Source: Takakia lepidozioides (Eukaryota > Plantae > Bryophyta). From it: a stretch of DNA of 64,000 bases. The notes under the pieces are model-generated. The model ran no database searches. It was not told the origin of the DNA and saw only the letters and a list, made by a program, of their open reading frames with translations. Location: NCBI GenBank assembly GCA_030704615.1, contig CM060731.1, forward strand, positions 92,132,001 to 92,196,000, written 5' to 3'. Shown here in pieces: positions 37,771 to 51,952 of this stretch (position 1 is the stretch's first letter; each line of letters begins with the position of its first letter). Made by a program: the position numbers and the translations under genes.

Positions 37771-40473
37771 GTGCTAAACCCTCTTTGGGAGTCATACTCA
37801 ATTTCTCGATAACATCAAAGTTACAGTAATAACTTTTTCAGGCTGTCTTTCAGGAAAGCCAGCGGTGGATCTTCAGGAGATACAGTCATTTCTGGCGAGT
37901 CTGTTTTCGACAGCCCCCTTTCCAATTTTCTGCTCCCTGTTTATGCCGAAGCAATGGCACTTCACGCGTCCGAGTCCCTATCCCCTGACTTTTTAGTGGC
38001 CAGCCGTAGGTGTATCCAGCGTGGATCCGGTGTTCTAAAATACTTAGACTTAGATGCAGAGGAAGAGGGGATACATTGTACTGACTCTGAGTCAGACTGA
38101 ACTGTATTCTTTTAATATTCATTTTCATATTATCTGGAAACGTTGAATCCCCTTACTCTACCGTAGTTGTTCCTTTAGAACAAATAATAATCACAGAATC
38201 AACTTTCGTTTAAATTGCTATATGTATGAATCCATCTCACAAACCTTCCTGACTCTTCTCATATCCATTGTGCATTCATCTACACTGTATTCATGCGTGC
38301 TCCATTCATGAAAGCTTCCTTTGTACAACATCCATTGTACATTCATCCTCTGTACTCTTTAATCCACCCCACAAACCTTCCACACTCATTTCATATACTT
38401 TGTGCATTCGTCAAAAGATTTGGTCATGCATCTTCCTGTCATGAATTTTTGTCATTGCTCAACATCCATTATACATTCATCCATTTTACTCTTATCCATC
38501 CGTCATTCATCCATCTACATAGATTTTTCAAACTCATCCATCTGTTTATCATCCAACTGTACATTCATCCATCATTTATTCAATGCCTTTTATTATGTCG
38601 TCCAGCTTGTTTCCGCGGTAAAGGGTGCCAATCCGCGGGAATACACTCCACTTCTTTCTGGGTGCGTGGTGACTCGGCCTCCACGTGTGATGACGTGGAC
38701 TGAGACCCGTGATGTGGCATTTGCGCAAGGTGACGTGGCGTGAGCGCAGTCGCGCTCACGCGCTCACGTGCTCACGTGACCAGGCTCACGCCGAGGCATC
38801 CCTGTTCCGTGGTGAAGTCTATCTTGCGTAATTATGTGTCGGCAGACCAATTAGACTGGGTGGAACACTTGGATGCGGCAGAATTCTGTTATAATAACAC
38901 AAAATACTCCGCAACGGGATTTCCCCTTTCATATTGGTCTATGGAAAAGCACATTTGGTGCCGACAAGTTGGGCCGCCCAGGACGTTGAGGAACCGGCAG
39001 TAGCAGCGGTGTTGGAAGAACGCGAGCGTTTGTTGAAGCTCACAAAGTACAACATAGCCAAAGCTAGGAAACGGTATGAACGGTAGGCGAATCGGAGGCG
39101 GAGGGAAGTTAAGTTTGAGGCAGACACGGAGGTCTGGTTGAACATCAAGAATTTTCGATTACCTCCGGAAGTGAGTCCGAAGTTCGTACCTCCGTATGCG
39201 GGGCCCTTTCGCATCCGGAAGGTTATGAATGAGGATGTGTACGAATTGGAGCTGTCGGCAAACAACAAGGTGCATCCGGTATTCCATGTCTCCCTTTTGA
39301 AGCCTTGCTTCAAAGATGAAGCGCGTCCGAATCGACATCAAGTGTTGCGTCTGCCACCTATGCTGTTGGATCATGAAAATGAACCTGAGTACGAGGTGGA
39401 GGCAATACTTAAGTTGAGGAGGTTCAAGAATCGAGAATCGGAGTATCTCGTGAAATGGAAGGGCTATCATCAAGTGGAGACAACTTGGGTGCGTGCCTCA
39501 GAAATGGGAAACGCATCCGAGGCGGTTGCAGCTTTCGAAGGGCGACCTCAAAAGCGGAAGAAGCGTTGATGGGGACATCAACCTTGGATCATGGGGGAGG
39601 AAATGCATGCTTAGCCTGGCTTAGCTAGCTTAGGAATTCGATTGCAAAAACTTGTGTTGTACAAATTTTGTTATAAATGAAATGGTTTCCAAATATTGTG
39701 CGTCCTATTTTGTTTGGAATGGTGATGCATGGTATGGTTGGCTAGTGTGTAGAATGCATGCTAGCTTACAAAAGTGGGAGAGGTAAATTGGATTAATCAA
39801 GTGTTTGTGTAGTGCCGAAATCGGGTGACACCCATCCAAGGGGCAAGGAAACTTGCGCCTTCTTTTGGGAGTTCACGTGCTAGTGCGCACTTGGCGTGTG
39901 CGCGTACTATAACTGCGCTACCGAGGGGGTTGTCTTGTAGTGCGGATTAACGCGGAAGCTACGTGTTCCGTTCACGTACTATAGTCGTGTAACCTCGGGA
40001 CGAAGTCATAGTGCGGCTTTGGCGTGATCCCGTACCTCATGCCAACATTCCAAGGCGGACCCAATTGTAGTGATTGGGGCGCACGGTTGGTTCAAGGTTA
40101 TCTTCCTAGTCCAAAAGGGTTCAAGGTGAATCCTTGCTCAAGGTGATGCCAAAAGCGACATCATGAGCGATCGCAAGCAATGTTGTTGCAGTAAGGCGAT
40201 TCGATCCTCGGGGAGGATCGTACCTTGGCCTTGAAGTGGGCCAAGAAGAGTGCACTGGGTGGAGCTTGAGAGGCTCCACCCTTGGCCGAGACTTGGAGGA
40301 AGTCGGCCGAACTAGCTAGTGGAGAGTAGAGTCAAGTGGGGGTTTGGTTCTTTGCCATGGGACGCCATGGTACGGAAAAAAACTCCTTGATGTGGGACGC
40401 CACAACTTGGATGTTAGTTTCTACAAAATGGACAAGTCGATGAGGACATCGACTCCCTGTTGGTAGGGGTGTG

Positions 40474-41203
40474 TGTCGCGGCCCTTTGCCTTGAGGGCAT
40501 GGGGTCGGGACACAAGAAGGGCTCATGCCCCTGTGGTGGGGGCAGTGGCAACAATAGGTACGGGGGCTGAAGCACCCTTAAGTACCCAAGGCACTCAAGG
40601 AGGCAGAGGCGCTCACTAGGTGGAGCCCCGCACACCGGGTTGCGATGGGGGTGGTTCCACGAGGGGTGGTGGTAGCTTAGTGGGTCTTAGTGGGGGTGGC
40701 AAAGGACTCACCATGGGGCGGAGACCTTGTGGTGGGAGTCTTGGGGAGTCTTGGGACTCATCACGGTCCAATGGGACCATGGTCGGTGGGCCAAGACTCA
40801 CCGCGACTCATCACCGGGAATGGAGGGTCTTCGTGGTGGTTCGCCATAAAATGACTGGGTTGTTTGAAAAACCCCCGCGGACAGTCACAGAAGTATATAT
40901 AGGGAGTAGTAACCCCGAGAACGGTGCAAGCCCGTTGGTGACCAAAAACTAGTGAGTAAGCGTGCGAGCCGGAAAGCGACCAAGGTGTAGGGAGCTGTTC
41001 CGGACTGCCAACAACTGGAAAGGGAATTTCCACTAGGCCCAAATTGAGAGAGGGTCTTGTGGAGGAGCAAAGGGGGACCGTTATGTCCCGGTGAGCAGCC
41101 GAAGCTCCAAGTTGGCCGGGCGGCCAGTTTGGGAGTTAGGCGCGCGCATCAAAGCGAGTAACTATGACTTGAAGGGGAGCTTACCGAAGTGAGATGCGCG
41201 ACA
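40474..41203 (+). repeat. 3' LTR of element C
   Basis: TGTCGCG...CGCGACA; homologous to 2574-3298. Confidence 0.85.
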
Positions 41204-43274
41204 CCCCCCCAGACTACACTATTGCATGTGAAAGGCACGGTTACTCTCTGGCCGGAGAAGAGTATTAGGAGGGGTGAATGTGTAAAGTGAGGTTCATGTT
41301 TGTAGACCCTGTTGTCCGATCCTAGTACTCATAGAAGTATTATCATATCAGTTTTTGAACATTTGGGCCATATCCACTGGCCATGACAGTTTATGTAGTC
41401 TCCGGCATATCCCTGTATGTTGGCCTTTTGTCTTGTTCATATGCAGGTGTGCCTGACGCTATCTTTTCTCAATATGAACTGACATTTTCCTGACTTGTTG
41501 TCGTATCATTTCCCCGAGTATGTATATGCTGGATGGTCTTCTGTCTCCATGAAGTTTGGCTATTTGATTAATCTCATGTCTCATGGTTCATGCAGTTTTG
41601 TGTATGTTTCAAGTTTGCCCACCATGAGGGCTTATCAATTCCCCTTGCATGTGTGTGCATCCACCTTCTTGTTGCTACTTTAGGAGTCCCATCCTCATTC
41701 TTCTTGCTTTCTTGCATGTACAAGGACCTTGGGTGATTCTGCTGTTGCACAACAACCACACTTTCAGTTTAGACTGCAGGTCCTTTGCACAACTCACACA
41801 ATCCACTACAAGTACTTCTCTGCAAGGCTTTCCTAGTGTAGTGCAATCCATTGCCACAGTGCCAGTGGAGTTGGCAAAATCAGTGAGCACCGTGTCGGCA
41901 GAAGCACTCTGACTCTTTGTACTACAAGTAATACCTGTCGCTGCAGTTCACAAGGGCGCAAACCACGCACCAGCACACCGTTCCCCACGTGGCCCCCGTT
42001 TATTCACCCGCATGCTAAATGGCTGTGTTATGTGGTCAACTTCCGCAGTCGCCATTGGCACTGGGCATGTAGCACTGCAAGTGTCGTGGTCGACTGGCAC
42101 GTGCCGCTCCGAGAACACATCCACGTGGCAACCGTGATGCTCGTCGCGGCCTTGCCACGTCGTCGTCCACGTCCGCATCCACATCCGCGTCCATGTGTCA
42201 TCCCGCTCAGCTAAGTCATTCCACTCATGCGGAGGGAAAAGTCAAAGTCAGCCCAAAAGGTCAGACACACAGGCGGCTGGCGTGGTCACGCCACGTGCTG
42301 ACCCAACAATAATCGCAATAATCGATGAGGAGTCGTTGAGGCATCTGCGTCCGCAACCATTCCAATGATTGGATGTCCGATCCAACTTCCATGTCTGTTG
42401 TAACTAGTCGTTTACTACTTTAGTCGATCCCGGGTTTTTTGTCCATTATGTCTCAAAATGAGTCGTTTCCCCAGTTGTAAATGACACGATTTCTTCTAGT
42501 GAAGCCTGAAGTAGTCAGAACATAGCGATGATGGTGGCAGGTAGACTTGAGTATGTCTGTCAAATCGTAGATCCTTGTTGGATAAGGAGGCAGAGATGGA
42601 GCTTCTTCAATGTAGGAGTCGTCCGGGATGATCTTCAAGGATTGTAGCGGGTAGTCAGTCGTCGCTGGTTTTCGATTAGTTCGTAGCAACAAGCAGTATG
42701 GCTCATTAATCCAACGAAGCTTAGCTTGTAATTGTTCGGTCTCGCAAACAGCCCAGAAGAGGATCCAACTATGCACTACCCTGCTGCTTGTGTACGTGTC
42801 GTTAGAGTGTTGCGTCACATAGAAAGAGGCGAGTCACTTTGCATACTTCTCAAAGTGGTAGGGCCGCTGCTTGTCAAACCCGTCGGCATACTGCTTAGAA
42901 TGGCCATTGCGGTGAAGAAGCTCGAACAAGATCTCCTGGGCCCAATGCAGACGGTAAACCTGCGGGAAATAACTTGAAACGTGCGTAATAGGGTGGGGAA
43001 GAGGAGGGGGGTGAGGCAAAACCCAGACGTGGTGATACAAAACGTGTGACGAAGGGGAGAAGCAGGTAGGAGAGCTATGGCGGCGAACCTCGCTAACCTC
43101 AGTAGTCTTGACTAGGGTGGCGAAACCGCTAACGGGGGAATGAGAAATAGTAGAGATAAGAAGAAGGTTTAGCAAGAGCACTAAATTGGCAGATAGCTGA
43201 GAGGTTAGCCGAGAGGCGCGAAGGAGGGCGGCGCTCTGCCCTCCCATCGTGAGTTTTTTTTATGAAGTGGTTGA

Positions 43275-44170
43275 CCCCTCTTGGATGAATCTGGACCCAC
43301 ACATTCTATCCCTGCTCTTTCAGCTATCCACGCCTCTGCACAAATCATGCATACATCCTTGCCTTGCTGCTAGCAGCTAACAATAATAGCCTAGAATTGT
43401 TCCAGCAAACACCCCAACCCTACTTATCGCGCTAGTTCCTATGCTGATTTGCGTCTGCTTCCAACATGCATTCACCTTTTTGCCTAGATTGTTCCACCAT
43501 TGACTAGGGTCGGAAACGTATTCATTCCAGAGCTTCTTCTTGTCTCTGTTATCTATTTTTCAATACTTTCCTATTGCCACATTGGTAACATGTCAAAATC
43601 ACTCCAATATCACCATAGATCCACGAACGAGCTAACTTGCAGAATTCAACATGGAAATTTAGGGACGACTCTGATAACAGGGAAAAACAGGTAGAAATGT
43701 GTTGAAGAAAGTGCCTTCATTAGTAGTGTCTTGTTCTATCAATTGCGCCGCTGTTGCTGCTGTTTCCAGTTGACCATCTACCCACGCAGATTTCTTGTAG
43801 CTATTGATCCATAGGGAATCAGAAGTAATCTTGTGTTTGAAATCCGGCCCTCTTGGATGAATCTAGACCTCTATTCCTGGTCTTTCAACTATCCCTGCCT
43901 ATTTACAAATCATGAATACATCCTCAGCCTGCTAGCAGATGAAGCAGCTGACACCGACGGCGTGAAGTTCTTCCAGCAAACACCCCAACCCTACTTATTA
44001 CAGTAGTTCCAATTCTGAATTGCATCTGCTTCTCTCTGTCTTCCAACAATCATTTACCTTTTGGTCTCCACTCTCCCACCATTGACTGGGGTCGGAAAAA
44101 AGTTCAATCCAAAGCTTCTCCTCATCTCTGTTATCTGTTTTTGGATATTTTTCTACTTTCACATTGGCAG
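43275..44170. repeat. Diverged direct duplication of ~310 bp (about 43275-43590 and 43848-44170)
   Basis: Shared blocks CCCTCTTGGATGAATCT, TTCCAGCAAACACCCCAACCCTACTTAT, CCACCATTGACT.GGGTCGGAAA. Confidence 0.75.
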
Positions 44171-44591
44171 TAACTTATTAGGGCCGAGTCTGATGAGAAG
44201 GCAAAACAAGCTGAAATAGGTCGATCAGGAAGAATACCAAATGATGGTACTAACAGGAGCCAAGAGCCCACACTTGCAGGATGGACAAACTTCTTCACAT
44301 CGTGCACTAAGAGAATGCCACACCTTGCGATCGCGGTTGTCCTACCATCGTGCAAATTCCAGTTGTGAGAGCTCATGCGGTGTACTCATAATCTGCAAAT
44401 GTTTCCATCTGCGATCGGTGTGTGAAAGCCTTCCGCGATCAAGCACGCGAGGACATCATCATCCCTTCCCCGCACTGCAAGACACCTCTCCCGGTTATTT
44501 TCGAGCATTTTGGGCAGGGTTCAAAAAAATTGACGTTGATGATGTGGCGAGATGACGTGTTACTATGACACCCTATTCCTGCTCTACACTA

Positions 44592-45053
44592 CCGTAGTCG
44601 GCAGGCTGATCCGGTAGTGAAGTGCCGAATATTTATTTTCTTTACAACAAAACACTCCGGCATAACTTAAGGAAATTTCTAGATTTTACGGCAACGCCAC
44701 GAGGAGATTTTAAGTAATTCGGCGGTGACTGCCAGCATGAACTTGCTCTATTTACTGTACCAGATGTGATCAATGAATTATGTGGGTTGTTAAGAGCCAT
44801 GAGAGCATCTGGTCAATCATTAAATGCAGTGATTGTTCAACAAATTATTCTAGGATTTCTTAGAGCTAAAGCACCACAAGCTCTAGGAAAATATTTTGTG
44901 CCTTGAAACATCTTTGAGTAGTTTGTTTGAGATTTTAGGCATTTTTTTAATGAAATTTATGAAATTTTGACAGTTTTTTTCTTCTTCTAAATTTTCACTT
45001 ATTTATTAGGCATGTTCTAATTATTTATTGCCGAATCAGCCTGCCGACTACGG
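44592..45053. mobile_element. MITE with ~23-bp TIRs and TA target site (Tc1/mariner-pogo type)
   Basis: TA|CCGTAGTCGGCAGGCTGATCCGG ... CCGAATCAGCCTGCCGACTACGG|TA; non-coding AT-rich interior. Confidence 0.75.
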
Positions 45054-45099
45054 TAGTCTCCGACCTTTAGTCGTTGCTAGAATAAACTTAATGACAACC

Positions 45100-45170
45100 A
45101 AGTTGTAGCCCAAATGGTAATAGGCACATACCACCTCGGAAGTGGTTGTGGGTTCAATCCACCGATTGGT
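45100..45170 (+). other. tRNA-like pol III promoter head (possible SINE relic)
   Basis: A-box-like TAGCCCAAATGG (45106) and B-box-like GGTTCAATCC (45151); no complete cloverleaf. Confidence 0.35.
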
Positions 45171-45299
45171 GTGTCAAAAAGGTGTCCACCTTCCTACTGA
45201 AGGCAGTAACCCTTCCGGGTCAAGAGACACCATTTACGCTTCCTTCCGGAGGTGTTATATATTATTATAAATATAATATGTTTATTTTTTGTTTAATCA

Positions 45300-45739
45300 A
45301 TGTTTTAAAAATCAACATATCAATACATGAAGCGAAACGTTTGTTTTGTAGATTTGAGATGTCCCAAACCGCGGGCCCAGCCCTGATGCTTGGTACCGTT
45401 GGAAAGCCCTCGACGAGGAGGGGTGCAGGGGCTTGGTCTCGTGATTTTGGGACTTGCGGTGTGGGAGATGTGGAATTTCAAGTACTTTGGGTAGCTGGAA
45501 ATTCAGGAAAAATAACAAAGTGGGCATTCTTGGACAATGGTTGGAGCCTCGACAGGAGAGATATCAAGGGAAAGGTTATAGGCTCTGTGGAAAAAAAATG
45601 CATATGACATTGGACCATTGGGCCAACGGCAGAGGGTACCCTCCAAGTCACTTGCATACATAGGAGGATTGCACTTGGACTTATATGACACTTGACACTT
45701 GGGCCAACGACACTTGGGCCAACGGCACAGCTATCCTAG
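45300..45739 (+). mobile_element. Dispersed repeat with Helitron-like 3' end; second copy inverted at 62347-62820
   Basis: Long homology to the reverse complement of 62347-62820; both end GGGCCAACGGCACAG..CTAG (short hairpin + CTAG). Confidence 0.55.
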
Positions 45740-46262
45740 ATATAAGATATAAGTATATGTATAACAATCAGTTAGTCACGTGTGACTCAATAGAGAATAG
45801 ATATTTTTATCCATAATTAATTGAAACTCTCATAAAATTATGCACTTATGCCACCTTATCAAATTTCATTGTCACTTTTCATCCATTGTTCTTCATCGCC
45901 TACAACCAGGGAGGTGTTACCTGGGGAGGGTAGAAGATGAATAAATAAAAAATAGTAATAGTAAAAGATTGAGCCAAGATTGTAGGCACGGTAGGGTAGG
46001 GGGTGTAGGTGTGGTAGGGTGCAGAGGGTTGGGGGGGCCGACCCTCCAAAAGAAGGGGGTGGAGGAATGCGGGCCATCGTGGCTTTTTGGCAGGCAGGAT
46101 TAGGGGTGGGCTGGAGGTTGTGTTGTTTGTGTCTAGTCTTGGAGAGAGAGAGAGGTGGGGTAGGCAAGCATGTGAGGCAAGCAGGAGAGTTGGCCAAGTG
46201 CGGGAAGTGAAGGTGGAGTGATTGTTGCCTTGAGGAGGCAGCGTCAGTGTAATGTGAGAGAG

Positions 46263-49200
46263 ATGTCAGACACGCATCACCTTGACCACGAACAGTCTCT
46301 GCATGCCCATCACCACAGCCTGCATCCACACAGCTCCAGCCATGGCTTAGGGCACGGCCATCCCCATTCACATGATATGCACGCCCATACTCAAGTTCAG
46401 GCAGAGGCGAATGCACAGGCGGAAGCCCAAGCCCAGACATATGTGGAGGTGGATGGACGGCATGTGCATCATGGACATGGAATGCAGCACTCCGAGGAGA
46501 ATGATGTAGGATTGGAGGAGCATGACGATGACCCTGCTGATGAAGAAGGCTTGGATGAGGCTGAGATGCACTCTGATGGCGGCCAGCAGGGTGACCCACC
46601 TACAGCTCTTACTGTACGCTCTCAGGGAACCACCCAGCTCACCCTTTCTTATCAGGGTGAAGTTTATGTGTTTGATACAGTGCCTCCTGAGAAGGTAATC
46701 ACTGTGTTTCTTTCAAAAGTATTGCCAGTTTCTCTCCTGTTGTGTTCTGTTTGGAGATTCTGCAGCTTGTAAACCCTAGTTTTTGTAATCTTGCAAGTTA
46801 TCCTCGTCGATTGTGAGGTTGGTCATGATGGTATTTGAGAATCAAATTGTAGTGATTTGAATGTCTTGTTAGGTAACGTGGATAGGTTCTTTTTCTCAAT
46901 CCACTTGGTTGGCGCATGTGGAGGCAGGTTCAGGCTGTACTGCTTTTGCTGGGAGGCCGAGAGATTCCGCCAGGCATGCCGGGTGTGAATGTGTCGAGTC
47001 ACCATCATCACAAGGTAAACTGAATACGTTGCAAACCAATCTGTATGGACTTTGACGTGGGTGGAGGGTGGACAAGGGGTTGAAATTACTCTGGTTCAAC
47101 ACATTTCGGTCGTTTCCCTGGTGATCATTCATCTCCGCCTAGGTGGGATAACGATCGAAAGTTTGGCTGTTGCCGGCCCCTTTCTCGTATTACTCCTTGT
47201 ACTCCTGTTTGTGGCGTTTTTAGTCTCTGGAGCAGCCTCCGAATCATTCTAGAGAACCATTTTGCCATTCCCAGCAGGGTTGTCAGAAAGTGGACTCATT
47301 ATTCAGTTATCCATCTTTCTGGCATGCAAAATTGATTCCGAGGGTTGATTGGAGCAGGGTTTATCAGAGCTGCCTGCCCGCATGAACATGCCTCAAAGGT
47401 TGGCGTCGTTGACAAGATTCCGAGAAAAGCGCAAGGAGCGTTGCTATGATAAAAAAATCCGCTATACTGTTCGGAAAGAGGTTGCTCAAAGGTATTTCAA
47501 TGTTCTCTTTGATGCACCATTTTGGCCATGAGTGTTACCTCCTATAGGAAATATAGTCAGCAATGTACGCACATCTGTTCATCGCCCATCACCTGGAACT
47601 CTCTGCAGTGGATTTTTGAAATACAATTGATTAGATTCATAACAACTGTATTGTCTAGTGAAAACCCTGATGTTTGAAATTGAACAGCTTCCACTGTTGA
47701 AGATTGGGGTCAGAAAGAAAAGGAGGTGGTAACAGATGGGAAGCTGTATGTGAATATTTGTGCAGGATGCATCGGAAGAAGGGTCAATTTGCATCATCAA
47801 GGCATGCAGCGGAGGAGGGGGCTCCTGTTTCCAACTGGGACGGCTCTCCAGTTCCTGGTCAACCCATGGGTCCTGCTGGTGTGCAGCATGAAGTCACGTA
47901 CGTCCTTGTGAATGCTATCAATCCCCAAGTTATTTGTGACTGTCAGACACAGGACAACTGCTGAACAAGTCTTGGTGTAGGGTTGTCATTTTGTAATTTT
48001 GGTCTATTGGTACTTCCCTTTGCCAACCAAATTGCGCTGCCAAACTGTGCATCTAGCACAAATACCAGTACTAACAATACCAAATCGTGCTAGATGCTTG
48101 AATTGTGCCAAGTTAGACGACAGTGCTATGATTTTTCTGATTTGTATTGTTAAATTATGAAAAGTTGTTGCAGTCAGCTTGAAGCCTATGCAAGTTAATG
48201 GCACAGGCTTCAGTGACTCTCTCAGATAGGAATACTGGTGTCCTCCCTGTTTTGGGTGGGTGAATTCTGGTTTACGGTCTCATTTGCTGGGTGGCAGGTG
48301 TGTGCACTGTGGCATTGGAGAGCGCACAACTCCCATGATGCGTCGTGGACCATCTGGACCTCGAACACTTTGTAACGCATGTGGATTAATGTGGGCCAAC
48401 AAGGTCTGTTCTTCCTTTTATGTCTCTCTGGTGTCTAGGTCATTTGTAGGTTTCCGAGTATTACAGCAGCCAGTACCCCAATGATGATGCTTCAACTAGC
48501 AGGCCAGAGGGTGATGGTCACTGTTGGGTTGATGGGGGAGGGCAGGGAGTGCTGAGGGATCTGTCCAAAAATCTACCTATTTCAGGAGCAACACAGCAGC
48601 CACGTATGCTGAATCCACAACAAGTAAGCTTTCTAGGCAGTGTGCCTCTTGGCCGCTTTACAGCCGTCATTTTTATCCAGCAGTCGCTGTTTCAATGTGA
48701 GATGATCACGAGTTTCCAGTTGTTGTATGTGAAATTTAGTCTTGTGAACTATGCATAAATATAGTTTATGGTCTGTTTCTACATCTTGTATGTATGGTTT
48801 AATGCAAAGGTTGGATCATTCCAAAGAATGTTTTGGCACCATAGTAGATGGGGCCAGACTTGTGGCCGTGGAGCTTTGGTTATCCCATTTCTCATGGTTG
48901 AATGACAACCTTAGTCTCCATCATAGCTCGTAAATGCTGACAGCAAGAATGAACCCCTCTTTTGCTAAAGAGAGGTGCGTGTGTGCATGTGTTGCTGAGG
49001 AGGAACATGGGTGACGGGACTGGAGGGTACAGATCATTCTGGGGCAGCAGCAGCAGATAGCGGGGTTGCAGCATAGCCTGGATGGATATTCTGAAACTGC
49101 GGTGCTTCCTCTTGCCTTCTTCCCAATGCATTGTGCTGTTCAACTGTTCAGGACCCACTAATTGTTAGGCTCTATTCACTTACCACCAAGCGATATGTTG

Positions 49201-49536
49201 TGATATTAACGTTAGATAAGCAGTAGCTATCTTAAATACTTGAGCTAGGACTGGTTGGTTCCACAGGTGTTTTGGGACCTCCGAGTTGGGGTTGTATTTG
49301 CGTTTAGTCATTAGATTAGGGATCCTCTAAGAGGAAGTGACTGGTTTTTACCTATAAGGAGGAATCATGTTATGTGATATTGGACTAACATTCTGATCGG
49401 TTTGGATAACTAAATGTTGTTGGAAAATGTGCAGAATGAGTCGAGGATGGGAGGCCCACAGATGGTCTTGGAGCAACAGAAGGACCTGGTGAGTGTGGTA
49501 GCCAATGGTGGGGCCGCTGTGACTGTGGCTGGCTAG
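46263..49536 (+). CDS. ZML: ZIM-like GATA transcription factor (TIFY + CCT + GATA zinc finger)
   Basis: Exons 46263-46694, 46928-47014, 47358-47491, 47766-47897, 48298-48403, 48546-48623, 49435-49536 (last exon less certain). [30 protein letters not shown]; [40 protein letters not shown]; CVHC-X20[12 protein letters not shown]. Confidence 0.93.
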
Positions 49537-51952
49537 CAGACTCCAGATGCCTCACTGCTCACTCCAAGCACTTTGAACATAGATTATCGATTGCTCTGTC
49601 TGATGTTGAATTGAGTCTAAGGGTCGCTAGCTGCACTCTAGCCTACAAAAGATTGAAAGGCTGCTGTCATTGTATGCCCTGTTCCATACATGTTAAAGAC
49701 AGTGCACAACATACACGTTCTCAGAGACAGTGCAATGTTCTGCTCCAAAGGTTTCATTGTTCAAGACTGAGGTGCCATTATTCGGACCGGGGTTGATGAA
49801 TAAGTTAGACAGAGACTCGTTAGCTGTTGCAAAGCCATTCAGTGTCATGGGACTCTTTCCTTGTTGGGGGTATACTTAATTTCTGCTCTGGAATAGGGAG
49901 TTGCTCACTACATTTAAGGGCTTAAGGCAGTGTTGCAGTCTTGTGGTTTAGGAGGCTGTGCGACGCATCAGGCATTTTTTGCTGTGAATTCGTAAGGTTT
50001 TTGCAATGTCCATATTCTTAGTTGTATTGTGTTGCTCTGAGTTGGACTGGACAACTTTGTAGGATACTTTTGCAATTTGGAAATTCATTGGAAGGATCAG
50101 ATGGAAACTTCCAATCATGGGCCAATGCAATTTTTTTAAATTTTTGCTGGCCATCCAGATCATGTTGTAATAGAGATTGACACTGCATTGAATTGATACT
50201 AGACCTACCCCAGAAGAGCTTTTGGTTCCAAGGATTTAGGCAAGTGGGGAGTCGTTACAGAGGTCAGGACTATCGTGCACAACCAATGACCCTTACAGAA
50301 GTCATGCCTGCTCAACAATGTTGCAAACACTGGTGCCTTTCACTTATGTATTACAGGTGTTTGATTGCCCAAGTGCATAACTTCTCCAAGGAAACTTGAA
50401 ATCTGATAGCCACTCCATGGCTGGAGAATTGACACTGCAAAAGTACGTAAGATGCATCCTATATTGTGCACTGTGACTTCCCTCTCCCCTCCATACTGGT
50501 GCTATTTGTTTTCTTTGCTAGCCTAGTGTGGCTTGTGCAGTGGCTGTGGGTCTAACCGTCATACTGTGCAAGTAGCACCAATCGCAGTGAATTGGGAGAG
50601 AATGTACATGTTCCAGGAAGAGAGGCTTCTATCAAGCCAGTGTGCAAGCATGTGCCTCATGATGAGTGAGACTTTGAATGAGACTCCATGCAAGGATGGT
50701 GGTAGATAGAAACTAGAAACAAGCCAATATATACACCTGTAAGAAGGTCCTGTCCAAAAGTTACTCAATATGACCTCCTTCACAATGGTTTCAAAACCTT
50801 ATTCCTAGCACCGTACTTCGTTATGCAAACCACAGCTCATTTAAATGTGTGGTTACAGAATGAGAGGTGAATGAAACAAGTTTGTTGTCCTCTTATTGCG
50901 GGGAGGGAGAAGAGAGACTAGTCAAGGTTATGACACTAAATCTTTGCAGCTGCCGACAAACATTGACACATTGATTTCCACGTTCTCATCCAGTGATCGC
51001 TGACTTTCCTGTTAGACGCTCTGGAGCTAAGTTATAGACAGTAGTGATGCCCTGGGCGATTATGGGAAGGCACAGCAATGCTGACGTTGGCTCTAGAGTA
51101 TAATGTCTTGAATCGCACAGGAGCTTCTCCACTGTCGTGGGCGCCGAGAAACCGTGCAGTGAGCGTGTTGGATCGCATCCACTTTTTGGGGAACTTCCGG
51201 AGAAACATCGTGAGCGGGGTGGGGAATGCTGGAAGTCCAGTGTAGGCACAGATGGTGACTTCAGGGAAGGCCACGTTTGCGATTGAATTACGGAAGAATG
51301 GACCGAGGACGTTTCATGGTCTAAGTGAAGTGCAGGAACAGTGGAGTGTGCAAACGATCGTGGAGAGATTGGTGCGGATGAGTTTTGATACTAGGGTTGA
51401 CTGTATTTGAAATGAGTTCATTTATCATTTTCAAAGTAACACTAGAGTACCAATGGCTGATCGTGCTCCGTGGATTTTCCATCTATGTCTGAAAGCCAGA
51501 AGATGCTGTAATTTCAATCTATGAGATGGGCTTGTGCGATTGAGGGACGCATCCTCCTGTACCGTTGGAGCCTATCTTGAGCTGCAGACAGATTTAGAGT
51601 GGGAGCTGTGGGAGAGAGGAGGATATGTGAGACCACGTAAAGACAATTCACTTGTGTTTGTATCCTGGTGAAGTGGAACACACCGACTTAAAGTGATGGT
51701 TGTACAAGTCCTGCTGCAACTTTTTGTTTCCAGTTTTGTAGATCAAAGCTATGGAAAAGGCAGGAAGGACTACAGAGACTAAAGATGATTCAATCTGAAT
51801 CGATACCGTGTGTCTGAAGCCCATTTTAGTGAGTTAGCAAGGGTTGATGCGCTTAAGCGACAAACCTCCAAATCGAAGTGATAGAAGTATACATGTGCCT
51901 ATAACGCGCTGATCTGAGAAGCTTGTTTTGGTTCTACATACCAATTTAAATT

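Larger units (their letters stand above)
27486..38804. mobile_element. Mutator-like DNA transposon (MULE), copy 2
   Basis: 9-bp TSD TTCCGTGGT at 27477-27485 and 38805-38813; near-identical to copy 1 from end to end. Confidence 0.95.
25861..41203 (+). mobile_element. Ty3/Gypsy chromovirus C (same family as A): RT, RNase H, integrase split by MULE copy 2, chromodomain, 3' LTR 40474-41203
   Basis: RYGSYEILVMPFGLTNAP, VYIDDILVYS, HTDASDFAIGGVL; integrase ...ERVNSV| resumes at 38805; chromodomain ends 39569; several stops and frameshifts. Confidence 0.93.

Noticed and set aside
8023-38804. 11-kb repeat as a segmental duplication or assembly duplication
   Set aside because: Each copy has its own 9-bp TSD in a different host element, and some substitutions distinguish them.
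41951-42338. Non-autonomous derivative of the MULE (ends CAAGGGCGC...GAGTCGTTG)
   Set aside because: End similarity is only ~7 bp and the flanks do not form a TSD.
45859-46599. 246-aa minus-strand ORF
   Set aside because: Antisense to the His-rich first exon and 5' UTR of the ZML gene.
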